Assembly (NCBI GenBank): GCA_041586955.1
Contig: JBFGZE010000046.1
Span: forward strand, 1 to 24,387
Direction of reading: 5' to 3'
Source: Bacteriovoracaceae bacterium
GTDB lineage: Bacteria; Bdellovibrionota; Bacteriovoracia; Bacteriovoracales; Bacteriovoracaceae
Length of the DNA stretch: 24,387 nt
Notes under the pieces: generated by a model
Seen by the model: the letters and a program-made list of their open reading frames with translations, nothing else
Told to the model about the DNA's origin: nothing
The model's database searches: none
In this document: one piece after another, positions 8,864-17,054 of the stretch
Position numbering within the stretch: the stretch's first letter is position 1
Layout: the number at the start of each line of letters is the position of its first letter
Translations under genes and position numbers: made by a program

Positions 8864-9601
8864 TTAGCGGCAGTACACATCATAACGGAAAGATTTGGCC
8901 TGAACCTGAAATGTGGGTTTAGGCCCTAAAAGGACGAGACCCTTATTAGGCCTTTTTATAATGAGTCTTTTAAAAGCCTTCTCGAGGGCCCAATTAAAAA
9001 CCTTATCAGAGTCTTCATCACCTCCCACCAAATTATGAGCATTGGCCATTACCTTTTTAGAGGCGGCCTTATTTTTTTGGCGCGCATGAAGAAACATGGG
9101 ATCGTAATAAAAGATTTCAGGCAACGGCCCATTGCTGACTTGATGAACAGACCCAAAATTCACTGCCAAAAGGTTTTTCAGATAAGGGGCCAGTACTGGG
9201 CACTGGCGCGCCCGACACAAGGCATCAAGCGCCAGCCCCAACATAATAGGATGCCTCTCATAGGAGGTCACCTGGGCCCCCAAGACAAGAAATTTAATGG
9301 TGTCACTACCTGCACCAAGAGTGGCATCTAAAACTGAAGGGTTAGTTCCTGCCTTAAAACTTAAGGCTCGCGCTAAGGGCTCCTGTTTGAAGGCCTTATC
9401 TAAATTCTTAAATTTTTCAAATTCTTGGCGCCAATCAAAGGACATCTCACCCCCATTGGCCATTTGAAAAATAAGCTTATCACCATCAAACATAAAGTCG
9501 CCCGATTCTGACATATCATAGATCGCCGCTCTTAAGCGAGGATCCCAGTCTTGGCAATGCCGGGGTAAAGTACTTAGTTCATTAAATCTGAGTTTAGTCA
9601 T
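8864..9601 (-). CDS. rsmJ: class I SAM-dependent methyltransferase, RsmJ-like (16S rRNA m2G1516)
   Basis: LARA, VLDATLGAGSD, YERHP, YYDPMF, IKRP and C-terminal RYDVY motifs typical of RsmJ/YhiQ. Confidence 0.75.
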   Translation of the reverse strand: MTKLRFNELSTLPRHCQDWDPRLRAAIYDMSESGDFMFDGDKLIFQMANGGEMSFDWRQEFEKFKNLDKAFKQEPLARALSFKAGTNPSVLDATLGAGSDTIKFLVLGAQVTSYERHPIMLGLALDALCRARQCPVLAPYLKNLLAVNFGSVHQVSNGPLPEIFYYDPMFLHARQKNKAASKKVMANAHNLVGGDEDSDKVFNWALEKAFKRLIIKRPNKGLVLLGPKPTFQVQAKSFRYDVYCR

Positions 9602-9607
9602 GAGGCA

Positions 9608-9637
9608 ATTATACCCAATTGTTCAAAAGGAATTCAA
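9608..9637 (-). promoter_or_regulatory. sigma70 promoter, likely leaderless rsmJ-like transcript
   Basis: TTGAAT-N18-TATAAT-N6-ATG on the - strand; no SD. Confidence 0.55.
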
Positions 9638-9756
9638 TTAAAACGACTTTTAGGTCGCTAGAATAGGTCTATTTTTAACAAACATATTGGCAGATTGTAC
9701 CAACGTAAAAAAGAGATGCCACTTGATCTGAGCACTCACTATTTTTAATCTATGAT

Positions 9757-10590
9757 TTAGAAAGAAAGTCCAAATTTACCAGTGATCTTAGTTGTCCCGT
9801 GAACTGACATATATTCAACACCAAAGTTTGGAATAAAGAGGTCGAGGGCCACCCCAGCTATAATTTGAACAGAGCTATGGGAAGATTCAACAGCACCTTC
9901 GGCATTGGCCGTCACGGTTTGATCAAAAATTGTAGTTGAACCAAGGGCCTCTAATTTTGTGTCAGTGCTCGATTTAACAAACCCCAGTCCAATATAGGGC
10001 TCTATCACCACTAAATCTGCTCCGGCCAAAATCTGAGCTCCATAAATAGTCGTATCAAAAGAAGTTTTGCCGGTAATATTAAGGTTCGCGGTTGAAGAAT
10101 TATTAATGGTATCGGTATAACCCAATTCATTAGAGGTAAAATGAGTCTTCACCGCCAGCTGAAGAGGGCCATTTAAAAATGTCCACTTCACGGCGACAGC
10201 AGTATTTTTAATATAAGCATTATCGCTCTTTTGCTCTGGTATCATCGCCAGATCAAAAGATAAATTAAGCGGTTTAAAGGAGGCACTAAGGTACAAATTG
10301 GCATAAGGAAGCTTGTCTATAGTAGTATTAGGATCCTGTTCCTTAATCAACTTATTCCAAGTCGGAGCATCTGTCACTCCTAGAACAACCCCCACCTCAA
10401 AACCGATGAGCGGGATGATATCACCGGTCACTTTAGCGCTAGTTACATTGGTATAGACGAAGTCTGCTGCCAATTCTTCAGTCAAATCATCGATTTCTTT
10501 CTGACTGATATCGTCGAGTTGGAAATTACTGCCCGCATAGAGAGGTAAAGAAATCATAAGACTGAGTAATAAAAATAGATTTTTTTTCAT
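9757..10590 (-). CDS. exported outer-membrane beta-barrel-like protein (DUF6588-like)
   Basis: Signal peptide MKKNLFLLLSLMISLPLYA (start 10590 with GGAG upstream), amphipathic beta-strands, C-terminal KFGLSF beta-signal. The family name is from recall only. Confidence 0.7.
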   Translation of the reverse strand: MKKNLFLLLSLMISLPLYAGSNFQLDDISQKEIDDLTEELAADFVYTNVTSAKVTGDIIPLIGFEVGVVLGVTDAPTWNKLIKEQDPNTTIDKLPYANLYLSASFKPLNLSFDLAMIPEQKSDNAYIKNTAVAVKWTFLNGPLQLAVKTHFTSNELGYTDTINNSSTANLNITGKTSFDTTIYGAQILAGADLVVIEPYIGLGFVKSSTDTKLEALGSTTIFDQTVTANAEGAVESSHSSVQIIAGVALDLFIPNFGVEYMSVHGTTKITGKFGLSF

Positions 10591-10669
10591 CCTTGCTCCA
10601 GCTGTCAACAAACAGGTCTAAACAAAAATGATGATATCATTTAATCGACTATTACGATACAATCCCTAT

Positions 10670-10696
10670 AATTCGGCAAATCTTTACGGGTTTTTA
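10670..10696 (-). promoter_or_regulatory. sigma28 (FliA)-like promoter
   Basis: TAAA-N15-GCCGAATT on the - strand, about 80 nt upstream of the OM protein gene. Confidence 0.4.
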
Positions 10697-10735
10697 TTTG
10701 ACCAGAACATTTTTATGAAAACTACCGAGGCCAAA

Positions 10736-11350
10736 TTATTGGCCCCGTAATTCTTGATACCGCTTAAAGGCAGGTCGACTCGAAATTCGCTCCAGCCAAT
10801 GGACGATGTTCCCATATTCAGACAAGTCATATTGGATTGCGGGACAAATAGAAACCACTGATGCCACATTTAAATCGGCCAAAGTAAATTCCTCTCCAAC
10901 TAAATATTCACTATTCTCTAATCCCTTATTAAGTGTATCCAAGAGTGCAGGCAATTTTTCTTGGGCCTTCTCAACCACTTTAAGATCACGCTTATCTTCG
11001 GGAACGAACATTAATTGAATAAAAATTTCGATAATCGGTGTCTGTAAATCGCCACCCGACCAAAAACTCCATTGATGAACCTGGCCACGATCCTTAGCAT
11101 CTTTACCAAGAAGCATAGGTCGATAAGCATCGGCCAAATAAAAATTAATCGCCATTGATTCCCAAATCACAAAACCATTATCGACTAAGGCCGGAACCTT
11201 GCCATTGGGGTTAATTTTTAAAAACTCGGCCGATTTATGCTCCTGCTCTCTAAAATTAATGGTCTTGGTCTCGTAGCTCGCCTCAACCTCTTCCAAACAC
11301 CAAAAGCAGCGACCGGCACTCGACTTTGGTGATCCATAAATAGTGATCAT
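10736..11350 (-). CDS. glutathione S-transferase family protein
   Basis: FLKINPNGKVPAL, WESMAINFYLA and YLVGEEFTLADL motifs. Confidence 0.95.
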   Translation of the reverse strand: MITIYGSPKSSAGRCFWCLEEVEASYETKTINFREQEHKSAEFLKINPNGKVPALVDNGFVIWESMAINFYLADAYRPMLLGKDAKDRGQVHQWSFWSGGDLQTPIIEIFIQLMFVPEDKRDLKVVEKAQEKLPALLDTLNKGLENSEYLVGEEFTLADLNVASVVSICPAIQYDLSEYGNIVHWLERISSRPAFKRYQELRGQ

Positions 11351-11495
11351 AAGACCCCCCTAGGGTTAAAGTTTTAAAGATCTTGAGTATATACTCATCG
11401 CCTCTATAACAAAAGGAAATGATTCCCATTTAACTTAATATCAGGTAGAAGGTAGAGAGTTCAAACTCCAATTCAATTAACAACTATAGGTCTTC

Positions 11496-11780
11496 ATGAA
11501 AAAAACATTTAAGCTCACCGCTCCCAATAAAGTCCCCGAACGCCATCAAGATTCCATTAGACATGAAATAAAAAAATACATTGCCAGGGAGCGAAGAAAA
11601 ACTGTTCCAGATAATATTGATTTTTGGGATTTTGACTGCCGATTTGGGGATAATGAGCAAGAAGCGAAAAGCATCCAAATCAATGAAATCAATACCATGA
11701 TCAACCAATTTGTGGCGGCGAATAAGGAGTCTTTTTACTTAGAAATTTTAGCAAGACCTGGCCATAAAACTAAAAAATAA
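11496..11780 (+). CDS. small conserved hypothetical protein (DUF6172-like)
   Basis: MKKTFKL...IRHEIKKYIARERRK...DFWDFDCRFG...FYLEILARPG pattern. Confidence 0.75.
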   Translation: MKKTFKLTAPNKVPERHQDSIRHEIKKYIARERRKTVPDNIDFWDFDCRFGDNEQEAKSIQINEINTMINQFVAANKESFYLEILARPGHKTKK

Positions 11781-11793
11781 TGATTTTATATAA

Positions 11794-12090
11794 TTAAAGA
11801 GAATTGCATTTGAGTTTTTCTCTTTCCACCATGCAATCATAATCTCCGACTTTATAATCACGGCAAACATAAGGCCGTTGCTCATAAATCCGACATAGCA
11901 TAGTGGTGCGATCGAGCGCCTGACACCAACCGTCATCATCTTGTGCCATTGCGGTATAAATGCCATCTACTTTTATCGTCAGTTCCTCAGGCACTTGATC
12001 ATCAGAATCATCAATAAGAAGAACTTCTAAACGACAGCATAGAGCACGGCAGGAAGAACAAGAAATATCCAGGGGCCTTGATTGATTCAT
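11794..12090 (-). CDS. YkgJ family cysteine cluster (Zn/Fe-chelating) protein
   Basis: CxxCxxxCC, C..L.....C.IYE.RP.VCR motifs. Confidence 0.88.
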   Translation of the reverse strand: MNQSRPLDISCSSCRALCCRLEVLLIDDSDDQVPEELTIKVDGIYTAMAQDDDGWCQALDRTTMLCRIYEQRPYVCRDYKVGDYDCMVEREKLKCNSL

Positions 12091-12272
12091 TTTTCTTTTT
12101 TTATTGGGTCAACTTCTAATTAAGTAAAGATCTTAGACCAATTTATTGATGAACCGAAAAGCCGCCACGCATCAACGGCGGCGATTTTGGCACAACAAGG
12201 GCAATTCTACTAGAAGACCCTTATCTTTCATGCTACAAATACTGGTCAATATTTTTTGTAAAAAGGAATTCT

Positions 12273-15260
12273 ATGAGCAGTCAATTGCCTTATAACCCCA
12301 CGGAACTGGAAAGGGAATTACGTCCCTTTTATCTTGGAACAAATGAAGCCGATATTAAAGCGATGCTAGAAACGATTGGTGTCAATAAACTTGAGGATCT
12401 ATTTGCCCATCTTCCACCAGAAGTTTTGTTTAAGTCCCCTAGCACTATGAGTGAAGGGCTCTCCTATACCGAACTCGTTCAACATGTAGAAGAAGTCGCC
12501 AATAAGAATAGGCCGACAACTTCTTTCATTGGCGATGGCCTGCAGTCTTTTAAAGTCCCCGATATTGTCCCCTATGTTTGTAATATACGTGGTTTGACCA
12601 CCGCCTATACACCCTACCAACCTGAGCGTTCTCAGGGAACTCTCCACACATTGTGGATTTATTCGCAAACTATTGGCATGCTCACAGGCTTTGAAGGAAT
12701 CAATGCCAGTCTCTATGAACGCTCCACTTGTCTATTTGAAGCGATCAATACGGCCAAGAGAATGACAAAGAAAAAGCATACTTTTCTTATTAGCGAAGGC
12801 ATTTATCCCGGTGATAAAGAAGTTCTGCACACTCTCGAAAAAGAAACAGACCTCAACCTTACCGCCCTCAAACTTAATCAGAGTACGGGGCTTCTCGACC
12901 CCAAAGCGGTCGAGGAAATGATCCTCGCTCATAAAGACGATCTTAGTGCCATCATCATTCCTCAGGTCAATACCTTCGGCCTTTTAGAGGATGTCCATGC
13001 TCTCACCGACTTGGCCCATCAATACGGTGTTTTAGTAATTGCGATCATCAACCCCCTTTTCAATGGACAAGAGGGTCTCGTTCCTCCTAACCAGTTTGGC
13101 GAAAAAGGTGCTGATATTATCGTTGGCGAAGGCCAACCAATTTGCCTAGGCCCCAACTTTGGTGGGCCAGGACTTGGCATATTTGGTGTTCGCTATAATG
13201 CCGAAAATAAATTGGGGATTCGCTCTACCGCGGGCCGATATGTCGGAAAAGGTCAGGATGAAAAAGGTAATGAATGCCTATCCATGGTATTATCAACCCG
13301 CGAACAACATATTCGGCGAGAAAAAGCGACCAGTAATATCTGCTCGAATCAATCATTTGTCGCCACTATTGCTGGTGCTGCTCTTTTGCAAAAGGGTGAT
13401 CAAGGGATAGGTGAACTCAATAAAAAAATTCGTCACCATGCTCAAGAAATGGCCAAAACCCTTTGCCAATTCGATGGCATTGAATTGGCCTTCCCACAGG
13501 CCCAATTTTACAATGAAATCACTTTAGAGATAAATAAGGACGTCAATCAATTAATCGAAATGGCACGTGAAGAGGGCATTCATCTAGGAGTTAACCCCTC
13601 CTGTCGTATTAGTGGTGATCGCCAATTACTCAAGCTAAGTTTTTCCGATTTACAAGAACGCAAAGACCTTGATCAATTGACCAAATTTTTTCAACGACAC
13701 TTTACTTTAAATCCCTCCCACTGGGAGAAGCGGTCTATAGATCCTCGCTTTTTACGCCAAGATATTGTCGGAATCCCACAATTTTCACTCGAGCAATTAA
13801 AGTCCTTCTATAGCGAATTAGGGGGTTTAAATGTCAGCCCAGATGATAATATTTATCCTCTTGGCTCCTGTACGATGAAATACAACCCTTATATCAATGA
13901 TTACGCGGCCTCTTTACCGGGCTTCACCGATATTCACCCCCAAGCTCCCTTAGAAGATGCTCAAGGTTGTTTACATATTCTTTACGAAACACAAGAGATG
14001 TTTAAAGCTATTACTGGTCTCCCCGGTCTTACCACTCAACCGGTGGCCGGTGCCCAAGGTGAACTTGTCGGTCTTAAATTATTTCAGGCCTATCACCGAG
14101 ACCAAGGAGAAGGCGAGACTCGAAATATTATTCTTATTCCAAAATCTGCTCACGGTACCAATCCCGCCACCGCAACCATGGCCGGTTTCGAAACAAAAAC
14201 TGAAAATGGCCAAAAAATGGGAATCGTCACCATAGGCGCCGACCAACAAGGACAGATCAACTGGCCTGAGTTTGAGGAGGCCGTCAATACTTATGGTCAA
14301 CGTATAGCCGGTATCATGGTCACTAATCCCAACACCTCTGGAATTTTTGAAACCCGTTTCCATGAAATGTCTAAGAAAATTCATGAGGTCGGAGGACTGG
14401 TCTATATGGACGGCGCCAATATGAATGCTATTGCTGGCTGGGTTGATCTCGCGGCCCTTGGTGTTGATGCTGTTCATAATAACCTTCATAAAACGTGGAC
14501 CATACCCCACGGAGGGGGAGGACCAGGTGATGCCATCGTTGCCGTCAGTGAAAAGCTTATCCCCTACCTTCCAGGAATTCAGGTCAAAAAAGAAGAAGAC
14601 GGACGTTACACCACATTTAAACCAGAAAAAAGTATTGGTAGTTTTCACCGCCACTTTGGTAATTTTGCCCATAAGGTCCGTTGTTATACCTATATTAAAG
14701 CTTTGGGGGCCGAAGGCGTGAAGCAAATGTCAGCGATCGCCGTTTTAAGTGCCCGCTATTTATTTGCCAAATTAAAAGAGGAATTCCCCTCCCTGCCTAG
14801 TGCTGCTATTGATGTCCCACGTATGCACGAATTTATTCTCACCATTTGTGACGAAGACTTCACTCACCTTCAAGAAAATGGCACCGCCAAAAGCCAGGCC
14901 ATTGCAAAAATTGGTAAACTCTTTCTAGACTTTGGTATTCATGCGCCCACAGTTGCCTTTCCTGAGCAATTTGGCCTGATGATTGAGCCAACAGAGTCTT
15001 ATAGTAAAGAAGAGTTAGACCGCTTTATTGAGATTATAAAGGGTATTAAAACCGTCTTAAAGGAGCGCCCAGATATTATTGCGACGGCCCCTCACTTCAC
15101 CCCTATCTCTAAAGTGGATGAAGTCGGTGCCAATAAAAACCTCAATCTCTTTGAAGGTATTAAAGAATTGCCGACTCTCCCAAAGAACCCCTTCTCAGCT
15201 GACGCCTTTAATAAAATGTCCGTTGGAGACCTCTTAGAAAAAATTCTGTCTTTAAATTAA
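12273..15260 (+). CDS. gcvP: glycine dehydrogenase (decarboxylating), glycine cleavage P protein, single chain
   Basis: TAYTPYQPERSQG, REQHIRREKATSNIC, PLGSCTMKYNP, SAHGTNPATA, DGANMNA, PLP-Lys motif NLHKTWTIPHGGGGPG, IEPTES; SD AAGGA. Confidence 0.95.
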   Translation: MSSQLPYNPTELERELRPFYLGTNEADIKAMLETIGVNKLEDLFAHLPPEVLFKSPSTMSEGLSYTELVQHVEEVANKNRPTTSFIGDGLQSFKVPDIVPYVCNIRGLTTAYTPYQPERSQGTLHTLWIYSQTIGMLTGFEGINASLYERSTCLFEAINTAKRMTKKKHTFLISEGIYPGDKEVLHTLEKETDLNLTALKLNQSTGLLDPKAVEEMILAHKDDLSAIIIPQVNTFGLLEDVHALTDLAHQYGVLVIAIINPLFNGQEGLVPPNQFGEKGADIIVGEGQPICLGPNFGGPGLGIFGVRYNAENKLGIRSTAGRYVGKGQDEKGNECLSMVLSTREQHIRREKATSNICSNQSFVATIAGAALLQKGDQGIGELNKKIRHHAQEMAKTLCQFDGIELAFPQAQFYNEITLEINKDVNQLIEMAREEGIHLGVNPSCRISGDRQLLKLSFSDLQERKDLDQLTKFFQRHFTLNPSHWEKRSIDPRFLRQDIVGIPQFSLEQLKSFYSELGGLNVSPDDNIYPLGSCTMKYNPYINDYAASLPGFTDIHPQAPLEDAQGCLHILYETQEMFKAITGLPGLTTQPVAGAQGELVGLKLFQAYHRDQGEGETRNIILIPKSAHGTNPATATMAGFETKTENGQKMGIVTIGADQQGQINWPEFEEAVNTYGQRIAGIMVTNPNTSGIFETRFHEMSKKIHEVGGLVYMDGANMNAIAGWVDLAALGVDAVHNNLHKTWTIPHGGGGPGDAIVAVSEKLIPYLPGIQVKKEEDGRYTTFKPEKSIGSFHRHFGNFAHKVRCYTYIKALGAEGVKQMSAIAVLSARYLFAKLKEEFPSLPSAAIDVPRMHEFILTICDEDFTHLQENGTAKSQAIAKIGKLFLDFGIHAPTVAFPEQFGLMIEPTESYSKEELDRFIEIIKGIKTVLKERPDIIATAPHFTPISKVDEVGANKNLNLFEGIKELPTLPKNPFSADAFNKMSVGDLLEKILSLN

Positions 15261-15274
15261 ACGTTTAAACCTTA

Positions 15275-15298
15275 TGGCCCTCCCCTCAAGGAGGGCCA
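15275..15298. terminator. hairpin terminator between convergent gcvP and nucleotidase genes
   Basis: Perfect 9-bp stem TGGCCCTCC/GGAGGGCCA with a 6-nt loop. Confidence 0.75.
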
Positions 15299-15301
15299 AT
15301 T

Positions 15302-16855
15302 TTAACGAGATACACCTGGAAAATACATGCCAGGCCTTTCTTTACTCGGTATATTTTCTAGGCCCAAGAACCCAAAATCTTTTTCTCTGCGCAATTTCTT
15401 TTCAATCGCATCAAATATAGAGACTTTTGTATTCTTGGCCCGGCGAATGATTAATTTTGTCAGGGAGCTAATTCCGTGAGCACCGCGAATCACTCCCTCA
15501 GGAAAGGCCATGGTATAGGTTTTATAGGGGCTAATCTTTTTTCCATTAAGGCGAATTCGCGTAATTTTATAACCCTTACGTGTCTTGCGCCATTTGAATG
15601 TTACCCCAGAAAAAGACAAAGGGACTTCATATTGAAGGATCACTTTAAGGATAGACTTTAATAACCAGCCATTAACGCGCGCTTTATAAATACTCCAACC
15701 ATTTGTTTCATCGAGCTCAAAAAAGCGAGGATGGCCATTCATAATATCAAAACGGGTGACAGCACCACTTGGCACCATGACGCCTGACATAGGCACTGCA
15801 TGAACGGCGGCGTCAGCATTAACCGCCTCGACCATGGAATTTGTGACAAACATATTCCACTCATAATCGGGCCTTTCTTTTGGAAAATTAAGATGACCGA
15901 CAACCTCATTTAAGTATTCTTTTCCGTAGAGATCTTCTAAATCTTCTCGTGCACTTTTGACCTTTTCGTGAATATGATTATCTTTTTCAATACCCTTAAC
16001 AGGGATTAATTCATAATTGACAATCTTAACTTCCCCTCCTTTTAGCTCTAACAGGAGCCTCCCTAAATGGCCGCCATGACTTCCCGCCTGAACAATGGCA
16101 ATTTTTTTATTATGCTGGTTCCTTTGCCAAATAGGACGGTGTAAAGCATGATGGGAATGCCCACCAATGACAAGGTCAATCCCCTTGGTTTTCCGAACAA
16201 GTTTCTTATCCTTTTTTAAACCTAAATGAGTCAGAGCAATGACATAGGGATGATTTTTCTTTATAAATTTACGGTCATACTTTCTGCCAACCTTAAGTGG
16301 TGATAAAATTTTACCCGCGTTATAGCGCCACTTATAAAAAAGTTCATTGGTGGTCAGACCTAAAAAGGTTATAGGAATCCCATCAACATTTAGTGTTTTA
16401 TAGGGACGAATTTTTCTCTTAATGCCCCAATATAATGGGTTAGTCAAAACATTCGCTGCAAGCATTGGAGTTTTAAGGTTTCCCTCCATCAAGATACTAT
16501 TAAATGAACGAGCACCCATGAGGTAATCATGATTTCCCATGGTCACCAAATCGTAACCCATATCATCCATCAATTGAAAAGCGTGGCGGGCCTTATCGGC
16601 CATATAAAAAATATGACCTTCAAGAAAATCACCTGCATCAACCACTACGGTAGGAATACCATTCTCTTTCGCCGCTTCTTTATAGGCATCGATCATCGAT
16701 TTTAGACGGGCGTAGCCACCACGATCTTTATCACCATAGCTGAATTCAAAATGGGAATGAACATCATTTGTGTGTAAAATTTGAATAATTTTAGCATCGG
16801 TACTAGCGATCCATAATAGACTGCTAAATAAACAGATAAGAGTTAACTTCGTCAT
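15302..16855 (-). CDS. secreted bifunctional metallophosphatase/5'-nucleotidase
   Basis: Signal peptide; LHTNDVH, DAGD, GNHD, THLG and GGHSH motifs plus a C-terminal 5'-NT domain; SD AAGGAG. Confidence 0.9.
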   Translation of the reverse strand: MTKLTLICLFSSLLWIASTDAKIIQILHTNDVHSHFEFSYGDKDRGGYARLKSMIDAYKEAAKENGIPTVVVDAGDFLEGHIFYMADKARHAFQLMDDMGYDLVTMGNHDYLMGARSFNSILMEGNLKTPMLAANVLTNPLYWGIKRKIRPYKTLNVDGIPITFLGLTTNELFYKWRYNAGKILSPLKVGRKYDRKFIKKNHPYVIALTHLGLKKDKKLVRKTKGIDLVIGGHSHHALHRPIWQRNQHNKKIAIVQAGSHGGHLGRLLLELKGGEVKIVNYELIPVKGIEKDNHIHEKVKSAREDLEDLYGKEYLNEVVGHLNFPKERPDYEWNMFVTNSMVEAVNADAAVHAVPMSGVMVPSGAVTRFDIMNGHPRFFELDETNGWSIYKARVNGWLLKSILKVILQYEVPLSFSGVTFKWRKTRKGYKITRIRLNGKKISPYKTYTMAFPEGVIRGAHGISSLTKLIIRRAKNTKVSIFDAIEKKLRREKDFGFLGLENIPSKERPGMYFPGVSR

Positions 16856-16886
16856 CCTGACTCCTTTAACGTTTTGGCCTATTTAT

Positions 16887-16894
16887 TTATCGGC
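16887..16894 (-). promoter_or_regulatory. sigma28 -10 box
   Basis: Perfect GCCGATAA 31 nt upstream of the nucleotidase ATG, but no TAAA at canonical spacing. Confidence 0.3.
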
Positions 16895-17000
16895 AGTTTT
16901 TGGGGGCACCCCAGTATTTAAACGAAGGACTTCAAATAATTGAAAATTTTTCCTAGAATGGTAGTCTTTAGATGATCTAAATAAATTAGTCTGAAATAAC

Positions 17001-17033
17001 AAAGGCCTAGTTTTTAATTAAAACCAGGCCTTT
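17001..17033 (-). terminator. intrinsic terminator downstream of the 17055-18338 gene
   Basis: AAAGGCCT-A-GTTTT...AAAAC-C-AGGCCTTT inverted repeat with a T-rich tail on the - strand. Confidence 0.75.
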
Positions 17034-17054
17034 AGCTTATGGGATATAAAAATA

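Noticed and set aside
12188..12203. sigma54-like TGGCAC-N5-GGGCA upstream of gcvP
   Set aside because: GG-N10-GC spacing is right but the TT of the -12 element is absent; too weak to call.
12091..12272. Glycine riboswitch upstream of gcvP
   Set aside because: No GGAGA/CCGAAG/CTCTCAGG aptamer motifs; only a 6-bp GCCGCC/GGCGGC hairpin (12161-12182).
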